From positions 1,592-65,591 of the forward strand of contig AQSA01000008.1 in the NCBI GenBank assembly GCA_000402815.1: a stretch of 64,000 nucleotides of DNA, in the 5' to 3' direction. The notes under the pieces were generated by a model that was given only the letters and a program-made list of their open reading frames with translations, ran no database searches and was not told the origin of the DNA. The stretch is from Candidatus Neomarinimicrobium atlanticum (GTDB taxonomy: Bacteria; Fidelibacterota; Marinisomatia; Marinisomatales; Marinisomataceae). Positions 19,631 through 28,421 of this stretch are shown here, piece after piece. Made by a program: the position numbers and the translations under genes. The first letter of the stretch is position 1. Each line of letters opens with the position of its first letter.

Positions 19631-19774
19631 ATGAGAATTAAACGATTTTTAAACTCTATTGTTGTAGGAATTGGAATATTTTTAGCTTCTTTTTTAGTCC
19701 CTGTTATTGGTGGGATTATATCTATACCTATGAGTTTAATTGGAGCATGGATGTATTATGATCACAGTAAATAG
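19631..19774 (+). CDS. Possible small (47-aa) two-helix membrane protein
   Basis: Internal ATG of the 19580 ORF, chosen because the upstream part overlaps the terminator-like hairpin. Hydrophobic 'IVVGIGIFLASFLVPVIGGIISIPMSLIGAWMY'. No homology recognised. Confidence 0.3.
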   Translation: MRIKRFLNSIVVGIGIFLASFLVPVIGGIISIPMSLIGAWMYYDHSK

Positions 19775-20315
19775 AAGTTTGTATAAACTTTGCTTATTTT
19801 TGCTTAGTTTTTTTAGCACTATTATGGCAGAAGAAAATACAAATCAAAAAGAAGCGTTTTTTGCAGCTGGATGCTTTTGGGGTGTAGAATCTACATTTCA
19901 ACAGTTAGAAGGTGTTAAATCTACTAGCGTGGGTTATACTGGGGGTAAAGTAAAAAACCCTTCATATGAGCTAGTATGTACAGGTATAACAGATCATGCG
20001 GAAGCGGTTCAAGTTGTTTATGACGAAAGCGTAATTTCTTATGAGCAATTATTAGATACTTTTTTTGACTTACATGATCCAACTACTATGGATAGACAAG
20101 GTCCTGATATAGGGTCTCAATATCGTTCAGCAGTTTTTTATAAGAATGAAGAAGAAAAAACATTAGTTGAAGTAAAAATTAGCCAGGTAAATGAATCTGG
20201 TAAGTTTCGATCAAGAGTTGTTACAGAGGTAGCACCTTTAAGTGATTTCTATGACGCAGAAGATTATCATCAGGATTATTATAAAAAAAGAGGAATTGTT
20301 GGTTGCGCAATATAA
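19758..20315 (+). CDS. msrA: Peptide-methionine (S)-S-oxide reductase MsrA with N-terminal signal peptide
   Basis: Active-site block 'AFFAAGCFWGVE'; 'GYTGG..NPSYE.VC.G.T.HAE.V.V.YD'. ATG at 19758 is preferred over the TTG at 19740. The hydrophobic leader suggests export. Confidence 0.9.
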   Translation: MITVNRSLYKLCLFLLSFFSTIMAEENTNQKEAFFAAGCFWGVESTFQQLEGVKSTSVGYTGGKVKNPSYELVCTGITDHAEAVQVVYDESVISYEQLLDTFFDLHDPTTMDRQGPDIGSQYRSAVFYKNEEEKTLVEVKISQVNESGKFRSRVVTEVAPLSDFYDAEDYHQDYYKKRGIVGCAI

Positions 20316-20330
20316 AACCGGGAGAATAAA

Positions 20331-20858
20331 ATGAGATTGCAAAAGAGTGTTTATTTATTATCAATTTTACTATTAATTGTATTTACTACTGATTTGAATG
20401 GTCAGTTTAGGAGAAAAAAGGTAAAACTGAGTGAGACTAATAAAATTGAAGAATTTATTAACGACCATATTCAAGATCCTTTCATGATAGAACATATTCA
20501 ATCTATTCAGTCAGAATTAGTAAAAATGGGTTTTGAGATTCTTCCACCGGATACAGATGGTCAATTAGCAGTAGAAGTTGTCTTCGAAGATTTCAATTTT
20601 GATCCATATTACGGATCAACAGCAGATCCAAAAACCTCACATATTATTTTTAGAAATCCGAAAACTACAAAAGTTGTTGCAAAGTTTATGGCCAATTCCA
20701 TACTTCAAGACGATGATTTTGACGGACCAATGACCAATGCCTTTGGTAATTCTACTAACTCTTCTATGAGTATGGGGTATGGAGGAAGTTCAGATCAGCC
20801 AATCGATGTAAATGCAATTATCTTAGATTGGATGAAGCAAATTAAGAACTTTTATTAA
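20331..20858 (+). CDS. Hypothetical secreted protein
   Basis: RBS 'gggaga'; signal peptide 'SVYLLSILLLIVFTT'; no family recognised. Confidence 0.45.
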   Translation: MRLQKSVYLLSILLLIVFTTDLNGQFRRKKVKLSETNKIEEFINDHIQDPFMIEHIQSIQSELVKMGFEILPPDTDGQLAVEVVFEDFNFDPYYGSTADPKTSHIIFRNPKTTKVVAKFMANSILQDDDFDGPMTNAFGNSTNSSMSMGYGGSSDQPIDVNAIILDWMKQIKNFY

Positions 20859-20861
20859 GCT

Positions 20862-23303
20862 TTGGCCTATAATCACAAAGCTATTGAACCTAAGTGGCAG
20901 AAATATTGGTCAGAAAATGAAACATTTAAGACTGGTACAGATAGTGAAAAGCCAAAATATTATGTTCTCGATATGTTTCCTTATCCTTCTGGTTCAGGTC
21001 TTCATGTAGGACATGCTCTTGGGTATGTAGCAACAGATATTGTTGCGCGATATAAGAGGATGAAAGGTTTTAATGTTCTTCACCCTATGGGTTGGGATGC
21101 TTTTGGATTACCAGCAGAACAATATGCTATAAAAACAGGTACTCACCCTAAAATCACTACAGCAGAAAACATTAGTAATTTTAAGCGTCAAATTAATCAG
21201 CTAGGATTCTCTTATGACTGGTCAAAAGAAATAAATACAACAGATCCGAACTATTATAAGTGGACGCAGTGGATATTTCTACAATTATATAATAAAGGCT
21301 TAGCCTACGAAGAAGAAGTAGCTGTTAACTGGTGTCCTGAGCTGCGTACTGTACTTGCCAATGAAGAAGTTGTCGATGGAAGGTCTGAAATAGGAGGTCA
21401 TCCGGTTGTTCGAACTCCTATGAAGCAATGGATTTTGAAAATTACAAAATATGCAGAGTCTCTATTAGATGGTCTTGACGATTTAGATTGGCCTGAAAAT
21501 ATTAAAGAGCTCCAGAAGAATTGGATTGGTAGGTCAGAGGGGGTAGAAGTAAGCTTTTCTATTGATGGATATCCGAATCAAAAAATTGAAGTTTATACAA
21601 CAAGACCTGACACTCTTTTCGGTGCTACATACATGGTTCTTGCACCGGAGCATATATTAGCAAAAAAAATAGTTACTGAAGAGCAATCCGGAAAATTAGA
21701 GCAATATATTGAAGAAACTCAAAAGAAATCAGATTTTGACAGAACAGAGGTTAATAAAAATAAAACAGGAATATTTACCGGATCTTATGCAATAAACCCT
21801 TTTAGTGGTGAAAAAATGGAAATATGGGTAGCTGATTATGTCTTAATTAGTTATGGTACTGGCGCAATTATGGCTGTTCCTGCTCATGACGATAGAGATT
21901 GGGAGTTTGCAACAAAATACAATTTACCTATAAAGCAAGTTGTTCAGGGTGGAGATATAGCAAAATCAGCTTTCACTGGTAAGGGTAGTGCTTTATTAGT
22001 TAACTCGGAACACGAAGATACATTATCGCTCAACGATCTTAGTGTAGATGCAGGGATTGAAAAAGCAATAGAATTTATTGAAAAAAATGGATTGGGTTCT
22101 GGCACAGTAAACTATAAGCTTAGAGATTGGCTATTTTCAAGACAACGATACTGGGGTGAACCATTTCCTATTATTCATACGGAAGATGGTATCTCAACTG
22201 TCAGTGAAGTAGAGCTACCAATTAAGCTTCCTGAAGTAGAAAATTATAAGCCATCAGATGATGGAAAATCGCCGCTTTCAACTATTGATAATTGGGTTGA
22301 AGTAAAAGATGCATCTAATAATATTATTGGACTTAGAGAAACAAATACTATGCCTCAGTGGGCAGGTTCTTGTTGGTATTATCTAAGGTTTACAGACCCA
22401 TCTAATCATACCGAAGCTTGGTCAAAAAAGAATGAAGATTATTGGATGCCTGTTGATTTATATATTGGAGGGCAGGAGCATGCAGTTCTACATTTGTTAT
22501 ATGCTCGATTCTGGCATCATGTATTATTTGATTTAGGTCTCTTGTCGACAAAAGAACCATTTAAAAAACTATATAACCAAGGAATGATTCTTGGTGATGA
22601 CGGATCTAAGATGAGCAAGTCAAAGGGAAATGTTATTAACCCTGAAGATATTATAGAGGAGTATGGTGCTGACTCCATGAGGCTTTATGAAATGTTTATG
22701 GGCCCATTAAACAAATCAAAACCATGGAATACAAAAGGATTGCAAGGGTGTTATAGGTTTGTTAACAAATTATGGTTTATTATAGTAGAAGAAGAGGGAG
22801 GTTTGTCTAAAAAAATAGGATCAGATCACACCGCAGATAAAGAAACATTACACCTACATCATACTACCATAAAAAAAGTAGGAAATGATATTGAAAACCT
22901 ACATTTCAATACGGCTGTCTCTCAGTTGATGATTTATTGCAATCATTTACAGAAATGTGACAAAATTTCAACCGAATTAATTACAGACCTAGTTAAAATA
23001 TCTGCACCATTCATACCGCATCTCGCAGAGGAGTTTTGGTTGTTATTAGGTAATAATGAATCAATTTCTGATACACCTTGGCCAGAATTCAATGAGGTTT
23101 TAACGCAAACAGATGAAGTGAACATTGCAGTGCAGGTAAATGGTAAGTTAAGAGCTAATATAAGCCTAGATGTCGACTCAGATGAAGAAACAGCTGTTAA
23201 TGTCGCATTAGAGCTTGAAAAAGTACAAAACTATACGTCAGAAGGATCTATTGTTAAGACTATATATGTTCCAAATAGATTATTAAACTTCGTCGTTAAG
23301 TAA
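20862..23303 (+). CDS. leuS: Leucyl-tRNA synthetase
   Basis: TTG start; 'YNHKAIEPKWQKYW'; HIGH-type 'PYPSGSGLHVGHALGY'; KMSKS 'SKMSKSKGN'. Confidence 0.95.
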   Translation: MAYNHKAIEPKWQKYWSENETFKTGTDSEKPKYYVLDMFPYPSGSGLHVGHALGYVATDIVARYKRMKGFNVLHPMGWDAFGLPAEQYAIKTGTHPKITTAENISNFKRQINQLGFSYDWSKEINTTDPNYYKWTQWIFLQLYNKGLAYEEEVAVNWCPELRTVLANEEVVDGRSEIGGHPVVRTPMKQWILKITKYAESLLDGLDDLDWPENIKELQKNWIGRSEGVEVSFSIDGYPNQKIEVYTTRPDTLFGATYMVLAPEHILAKKIVTEEQSGKLEQYIEETQKKSDFDRTEVNKNKTGIFTGSYAINPFSGEKMEIWVADYVLISYGTGAIMAVPAHDDRDWEFATKYNLPIKQVVQGGDIAKSAFTGKGSALLVNSEHEDTLSLNDLSVDAGIEKAIEFIEKNGLGSGTVNYKLRDWLFSRQRYWGEPFPIIHTEDGISTVSEVELPIKLPEVENYKPSDDGKSPLSTIDNWVEVKDASNNIIGLRETNTMPQWAGSCWYYLRFTDPSNHTEAWSKKNEDYWMPVDLYIGGQEHAVLHLLYARFWHHVLFDLGLLSTKEPFKKLYNQGMILGDDGSKMSKSKGNVINPEDIIEEYGADSMRLYEMFMGPLNKSKPWNTKGLQGCYRFVNKLWFIIVEEEGGLSKKIGSDHTADKETLHLHHTTIKKVGNDIENLHFNTAVSQLMIYCNHLQKCDKISTELITDLVKISAPFIPHLAEEFWLLLGNNESISDTPWPEFNEVLTQTDEVNIAVQVNGKLRANISLDVDSDEETAVNVALELEKVQNYTSEGSIVKTIYVPNRLLNFVVK

Positions 23304-23981
23304 ATCAATACCTTTTGTCATATAGAAGAAGGTTATTACCATCATTAGAATTATATACTTTTGAAAAGAGGCATGTAACGTTAAACCTATCAAAGACTCT
23401 CTAGCTGATGGACCATATTCAATAAAAGCAAGATATCCGACAACTGACAGGGCAGAAATCAGTATTAAAATACTATAGTCGATATAGTTTTCTCTGTAGA
23501 AAAAGTATGAGTATAAACCAAGTGTGATTCCTATAGCACAAGTCATGGATATTGCAAAAAAAAGATGAAGAGCATAAAGAGAGGGAACATTGACAGGTGT
23601 AATAACTACACCAAGAACACCAATGCAGCTATATATTGCTGTAATTCTTGCGATAAAAGTAAGTAATCCAAAGTTTGTTTTAAACTGTGTAATACCTAAA
23701 AAAAGAAATCTGGCTAGCGATCCAAGTAAAACCAAAGTACCGGTTGAGAAAATAACAAATGACGTTAAATTTCTTTCACCAGAAAGACTAATTGTTCTAC
23801 CTAAATCACTTATAAAATTTCTAAAAAAATTATAGTTATCTGTAGTTGAATCCAGAAGATGTCCACCCTGATAGAATGGCATAGCAGCAAAAATACAAAT
23901 GGTATAAAAAATAAGGTATTGCCTGGTTTTGCTTGTTATAGAACTCATGCGGCTAATATACACAAAGAAATAAAATTTCAA
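23283..23981 (-). CDS. Multi-pass membrane protein (possibly DUF998-like), paralog 1
   Basis: About 6 TM helices. Shares 'NFF.NFISDLGRT', 'VF/ITP.dVPSLY.LH.FFA' and 'Q K..ilmmV' blocks with the adjacent ORF. Its 3' end overlaps the leuS 3' end by 21 nt (convergent). Confidence 0.55.
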   Translation of the reverse strand: MKFYFFVYISRMSSITSKTRQYLIFYTICIFAAMPFYQGGHLLDSTTDNYNFFRNFISDLGRTISLSGERNLTSFVIFSTGTLVLLGSLARFLFLGITQFKTNFGLLTFIARITAIYSCIGVLGVVITPVNVPSLYALHLFFAISMTCAIGITLGLYSYFFYRENYIDYSILILISALSVVGYLAFIEYGPSARESLIGLTLHASFQKYIILMMVITFFYMTKGIDLLNDEV

Positions 23982-23992
23982 AAAAAATATAT

Positions 23993-24721
23993 CTAAGTTT
24001 CAAGTAAGTCTGTTCCCTTAGACATAACCCAAATAGTTCCAACGAGACTTAAAACTGCTACTTTTTGATAGGTTGCATGCATCGTTAAGGATTCAATTGA
24101 TTTCCAAGGCGCTGGACCAATCTCAAGAAAGACTATATATCCGGCAACAATTAAAGAACAAGTAAAAAGAGCATATGTAACGTTTTTTAAGCCTTTTGAG
24201 TAAAAAAGGTATGCATATATACCTAAAGTCAGCAAAGCGCAGTTAAACACTGAATTTGCGAAGAAAATATGAAGGGAATATAGAGATGGTACATCAGCCG
24301 GCGTAAAAACAACTCCAAGCAAACTAATAGATCCAAATGCAGCTGAAATTTTAGCTACAATACTTATTTTAGGTTTATCTTTTGAAAAATACTCTGCAGC
24401 ATTAAAAAGATAATAAAATGAAGCAATGATTTGAGTTAACATTCCCATTGAAAATAAAACAATAGATATGGTGTTATCAGCACCAGAATGGCTAGTTGTA
24501 CGACCTAAGTCACTTATAAAATTTGTAAAAAAGTTATAGTAGAGTGTTTGTTTTTCAATATAGTTTCCACCACCATAAAAGAATGCTGCTAAAGTGAGTA
24601 GTCCGATATAGGAGAGTAGTAGTCTCCTTGTATTTTTACCTAGTGTATTTCTCATATTCTCCCAATTATACATAACACATATTATACGTAAAACCTGTAA
24701 AACAGGTAAATAACAGGTCAT
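23993..24721 (-). CDS. Multi-pass membrane protein, paralog 2 (tandem duplicate of 23283..23981)
   Basis: Collinear similarity to paralog 1 ('YYNFFTNFISDLGRTTS', 'FTPADVPSLYSLHIFFAN'). The true start is probably an internal Met ('MYNWENMRNT' or 'MRNT'). Confidence 0.55.
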   Translation of the reverse strand: MTCYLPVLQVLRIICVMYNWENMRNTLGKNTRRLLLSYIGLLTLAAFFYGGGNYIEKQTLYYNFFTNFISDLGRTTSHSGADNTISIVLFSMGMLTQIIASFYYLFNAAEYFSKDKPKISIVAKISAAFGSISLLGVVFTPADVPSLYSLHIFFANSVFNCALLTLGIYAYLFYSKGLKNVTYALFTCSLIVAGYIVFLEIGPAPWKSIESLTMHATYQKVAVLSLVGTIWVMSKGTDLLET

Positions 24722-24837
24722 TTAAGTCTTTATCAAAATATTGATAAGTGTTATTAAAGTGTTTTATGATATTATCAAGCTATTAAACCCAAAATAATTT
24801 ATTTACAATTTTTTCAGTATCAACTAAATATTATTAG

Positions 24838-26769
24838 CTAATTATTTCTGATCCACATTGTATCTTTTTCACATTTCTCAATCATTTCTTTATCTGAAAA
24901 TGACACTTTATGAATTGTTCCAAGCTCTTTGTGTTCAAATTCAACAAACTCTTTATGTTCAAATTCAGCTTTAGAGAGATTTTGATCTGTATCTTTGCTT
25001 TCTTTTGAATGAGGTTTGATATCTTTGGCAAGTTCGGGCTTTTGATTTTTGTTTTTCCAATTTTCTATACATAAATCGATTATATATTCTTTATTTTTGA
25101 GATTTTTTAAGTAAAAAGCCCCTGTATTATTTTTTTCTAACTCACTAGCCTTGAATCCTTGAATATCTTTGTCCTGCTCCAAATTATTAATAAACTCTTT
25201 AAATTGATTTTTTAGTAGAGCATTAAAGTCTTTTTGAAACTTTCGCCAATTTTGAGTTTTAATAAATTCAGATTTAAAGCTTGCATAATGCTCTTTAGAA
25301 TCAAGTGATGATGATTTTTTAATAGCATGCTTTTCATTTTGAATGGCAATGATGTCGTCAATAATTAGATTTAAATCTTCTTCTAGGCCTATTTTTTTTA
25401 TTTTTTGGTTTTTTATATCTTTTTTAATTGATTCTATTTCTTTTTCGTAACCTTTTAATTCTGGATTTAATTGATCTTTCCTTTCTTTATACCTTCTTTT
25501 TAATTCAGCTGTGTTGGAAGTAAATCCTTTAATTTCTTTAATCATATCAAAGTGTTCTTTAATAAATTTAAATTGTGTGTTCCAGACAGATTCATTTACT
25601 GGGATACTGAAAATAAGAGATATGTAGTTATCTCCAAATTCAATATCGGAAATTTTATGTGAAGTAACTGAAACTATATAGTGGATTAAACTTTTGATGT
25701 AGAATTGTTTTTGAGTTCTACTGTAAAGATGCATCATTCCCAATAAGAAGTAAACGGTGATTGAATAATTTTTAGTAGAACTATCAAGAGATTCTTTTAG
25801 TTTTTCAGTTCCAATATCTGAAAGATTTATAAAGTCATTTACAATTTTAGACAACCTTCTTTTCGGATTGTAAATAACGCCCTCATTATGAACAAATCTC
25901 ATTTCATCTAATTCCAATATAAAATTGTCGACTTCTGATTGCAGTTGTTTTGTATCTACTTTTTTCTCTCTAAAACCCTTTATAAGAACACCTAAGTAAT
26001 GATTTTTACCTTGAAAAGATCTAGTTGAAAAATAATTCAATGAAATGCTAAGAACTTCATTTAATAATAAAAAATAATTTTGGTATTCTTTATCTATAGA
26101 TTTACTGATTTCAATAAAAAATTTACTATCTCTATTGCTCTGAAAAAGAACTAACTGTAATAGTATTGGAATAGAAAATTCAGGTTCTAAATCTTCAGAT
26201 GAAATTCGCCATTGATTTTCACGCCAAATTATTTTTGATAAGAAGTTTTCATACTCCTTTTTTTCATAAAAATAAGAAATGCCTAGCCCTCCTTTTAATG
26301 CATCTGTTTCTGCAACATTGATTATATTTCTCTTAAATTGAGAAAAATTACAAATCTCAAGATGCTCTATTGAGCTTTTTATTTCTATTGCAACAAAATT
26401 ATTTAATGTTTTAAAACTACTCCATCTTTCATTATGTTTTTCTTTTCCAAACCATCCAATTTTATCAACTTCAGATAAATCAATTCTTCCCTCATTTCTT
26501 AGTTTTAATATTGTTTTTTCTGAAAGTTGAAGACAAAAATCTCCTGGTAAAAATCTGACTTCATTTTTTTTTGAAAAATCTTCGAAGGATTGCAGGGAAT
26601 CCCAATCAATATAATCAGATATAATTTCTTGTGATGTCAGTATTTTTTGGTCAACACTAGCAAGTTGCTCTTTAGAAACTGTTCTAACGAGATTCCTTTC
26701 TAAATCAAATGATTTATTAGATTTATTAAAAAGGGAGGTCATCATCGTCATCATCGTCCTCATCATCAT
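24838..26769 (-). CDS. Uncharacterised 643-aa protein: N-terminal region with a possible PD-(D/E)XK-like 'D..EIK' motif, and a Lys/Glu-rich coiled-coil C-terminal third
   Basis: Long ORF whose 5' end overlaps the helicase 3' end by 17-44 nt (candidate starts 26742-26769). 'IDLSEVDKIG..(23 aa)..NNFVAIEIKSS' resembles a nuclease core. No Walker A motif. C-terminus 'ELKRRYKERKDQLNPELKGYEKEIESIKKDIKNQK'. No family recognised. Confidence 0.6.
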   Translation of the reverse strand: MMMRTMMTMMTSLFNKSNKSFDLERNLVRTVSKEQLASVDQKILTSQEIISDYIDWDSLQSFEDFSKKNEVRFLPGDFCLQLSEKTILKLRNEGRIDLSEVDKIGWFGKEKHNERWSSFKTLNNFVAIEIKSSIEHLEICNFSQFKRNIINVAETDALKGGLGISYFYEKKEYENFLSKIIWRENQWRISSEDLEPEFSIPILLQLVLFQSNRDSKFFIEISKSIDKEYQNYFLLLNEVLSISLNYFSTRSFQGKNHYLGVLIKGFREKKVDTKQLQSEVDNFILELDEMRFVHNEGVIYNPKRRLSKIVNDFINLSDIGTEKLKESLDSSTKNYSITVYFLLGMMHLYSRTQKQFYIKSLIHYIVSVTSHKISDIEFGDNYISLIFSIPVNESVWNTQFKFIKEHFDMIKEIKGFTSNTAELKRRYKERKDQLNPELKGYEKEIESIKKDIKNQKIKKIGLEEDLNLIIDDIIAIQNEKHAIKKSSSLDSKEHYASFKSEFIKTQNWRKFQKDFNALLKNQFKEFINNLEQDKDIQGFKASELEKNNTGAFYLKNLKNKEYIIDLCIENWKNKNQKPELAKDIKPHSKESKDTDQNLSKAEFEHKEFVEFEHKELGTIHKVSFSDKEMIEKCEKDTMWIRNN

Positions 26770-28264
26770 TATTTTCTGTATCTTCCCCTTCTGTTACTGG
26801 CCAAAAATTATCACGCTGAATTTTCTGAATCTTATTATTTATATCTTCTTCAGACTGTTCTAATGGATTTTCTCCTGCGTTAATAAAAAGGAAATTATCT
26901 GTATCTTTTTCAATTCCTTCTGGTAATCTGCAATATACACCAGAATCATTTCTGTCTACATAACTACATATTACTCTTTTCTTAGCTCTGGTAAATACCA
27001 TAAAAAATGTATTTTTAATAATAGCTTCTTTTTGTTCAGGGCTAAGCTCAAATCCTGTTCTCCACATATCATCTTCTTTATTGTCCTTAAACATAGATTT
27101 AAAATCTAATTTTTTCTCCTCTGTATCAGGAAAAAATAAATAATCAAATTGTAAGCCTTTTAAGCTATGAACAGTAGAAAAAAGAACAAGCTTAGGATTT
27201 TTAAAATCGAAATTATTTAGCATACTTTGTCCAGATTTTTTAGTTGCAAGCTCTCCCTTGATACCTCTTTTTAGTAGTTGATTTCTTATATGCTTTACAT
27301 TATCAAGGTGAGTGTGGGTTACTACAATTTGACTATCAGATCCATCATCTTTAGATTGAATAGCTTTAATTCTTTCCGCTATTGCATCATACTGATGATC
27401 TGTGCTTTCTGCATGAATAAAAAGGTTTGGTTGATTTCTAGCTCCTGAAATTGCGGTTTGATTTCTAGTTATGGGCTTTAAAAAATTATCTTTTTTTTCT
27501 CTTAGCTCAATAACGTCAAATTTATTCTCTGTTATAAAATATTGTGCAAGCACGGCAATCGTTACAGGGTTTCTAAAATTAACATCAAGAGAATGTCTAT
27601 CTAGCGTTGTATCATTATTGAGTTTTTTAAAACCTTCATGAGTTTCATGCATTCCATGCCCAAATATTTGCTGAGTGGCATCTCCTAACCATACTTGATT
27701 CTCAGATACTGCTTTAACAGTTATCAACATATTCTCTTCAAAATCCTGACATTCATCTATCAAAACTGTTTTACCGTATGGATTAACCCCAATTGATTTT
27801 GCAACTTTATTTGCAATCTCTTTTTTGGTCATGGTTGAATCAAGACCATATTCTTCCCATGCTTTAAGTCTATTATATCTTTTTGCAAAAGGATGATTAG
27901 ATAGCCAGCTTGAATCTTTTTCTATAGCGTCATAATCTCTTAAACATTCCCAAATACGCATTCTAGGTTCAGCTCTGGTATGAAAATATTGTACTGAATT
28001 ACTTAAATCTTCGTCAATATGATTAGTATTTTTAAATTGATCTTGAACAAATTTCTCTAACATTTTTGTAAAAACTATAAACTTAGCTGAAACTTGCTTT
28101 TTATCTAGCCTTATAGCTGCCATTGTGGCTAGCAGAGTTTTTCCTGCACCAGCACATCCAGTTAATAATATACTACGACCTGGTGACGAGGCAGTATCAA
28201 CAAATTTTTTTTGTTTATCAGTTAAATCGTTGTAAATAATGTTTGAAAATGCTTTGTCATTCAT
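26726..28264 (-). CDS. UvrD/Rep-like superfamily-1 DNA helicase with acidic poly-Asp C-terminal tail
   Basis: SF1 motifs readable in order: Q 'LTDKQKKFV', I 'LLTGCAGAGKTLL', II 'VLIDECQDF', III 'VWLGDATQQIFG', IV 'VNFRN', V 'STVHSLKGLQFDYLF', VI 'FMVFTRAKKRV'. Tail 'EGEDTENNDDEDDDDDDDLPF'. Confidence 0.85.
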   Translation of the reverse strand: MNDKAFSNIIYNDLTDKQKKFVDTASSPGRSILLTGCAGAGKTLLATMAAIRLDKKQVSAKFIVFTKMLEKFVQDQFKNTNHIDEDLSNSVQYFHTRAEPRMRIWECLRDYDAIEKDSSWLSNHPFAKRYNRLKAWEEYGLDSTMTKKEIANKVAKSIGVNPYGKTVLIDECQDFEENMLITVKAVSENQVWLGDATQQIFGHGMHETHEGFKKLNNDTTLDRHSLDVNFRNPVTIAVLAQYFITENKFDVIELREKKDNFLKPITRNQTAISGARNQPNLFIHAESTDHQYDAIAERIKAIQSKDDGSDSQIVVTHTHLDNVKHIRNQLLKRGIKGELATKKSGQSMLNNFDFKNPKLVLFSTVHSLKGLQFDYLFFPDTEEKKLDFKSMFKDNKEDDMWRTGFELSPEQKEAIIKNTFFMVFTRAKKRVICSYVDRNDSGVYCRLPEGIEKDTDNFLFINAGENPLEQSEEDINNKIQKIQRDNFWPVTEGEDTENNDDEDDDDDDDLPF

Positions 28265-28286
28265 AGTAGTGCCCTTTTTTTCATTG

Positions 28287-28315
28287 CTCTAAATAGTTCT
28301 ATATATAGAGTTACG
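28287..28315. promoter_or_regulatory. Operator-like imperfect palindrome CTCTAAATAG-tt-CTATATATAGAG(TTACG) in the divergent promoter region
   Basis: Read directly. The left arm read on the minus strand is CTATTTAGAG, 22-32 nt upstream of the helicase ATG. The right arm is the first copy of a 17-nt direct repeat (next feature). Confidence 0.35.
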
Positions 28316-28404
28316 ATAAGAAAAAGATATTGTTTCAATATAAATATAATTTAAGAATTTTAAAATTATAAAAAATTATCATTTAAATATTCTTCTACAT
28401 ATAA

Positions 28405-28421
28405 CTATATTTAGAGTTATG
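28405..28421 (+). promoter_or_regulatory. Second copy of the 17-nt motif CTATATTTAGAGTTATG, ending in the PLD-helicase start codon
   Basis: 15/17 identical to 28299-28315 (CTATATATAGAGTTACG). Both divergent operons therefore carry CTAT(AT)TTAGAG in sense orientation in their 5' leaders. Confidence 0.35.

Noticed and set aside
24760-24775. Short sequence 'atgatatta(a)tcaa' present at both island borders (about 24766 and about 37999) as possible att direct repeats
   Set aside because: The match is about 14 nt with an indel in extremely AT-rich DNA. Chance occurrence is likely and no recombinase gene is present.
24838-28264. Interpretation of the UvrD-like helicase pair as Gabija
   Set aside because: The partner protein lacks any Walker A/ABC ATPase or TOPRIM signature expected of GajA, and the gene order is reversed.
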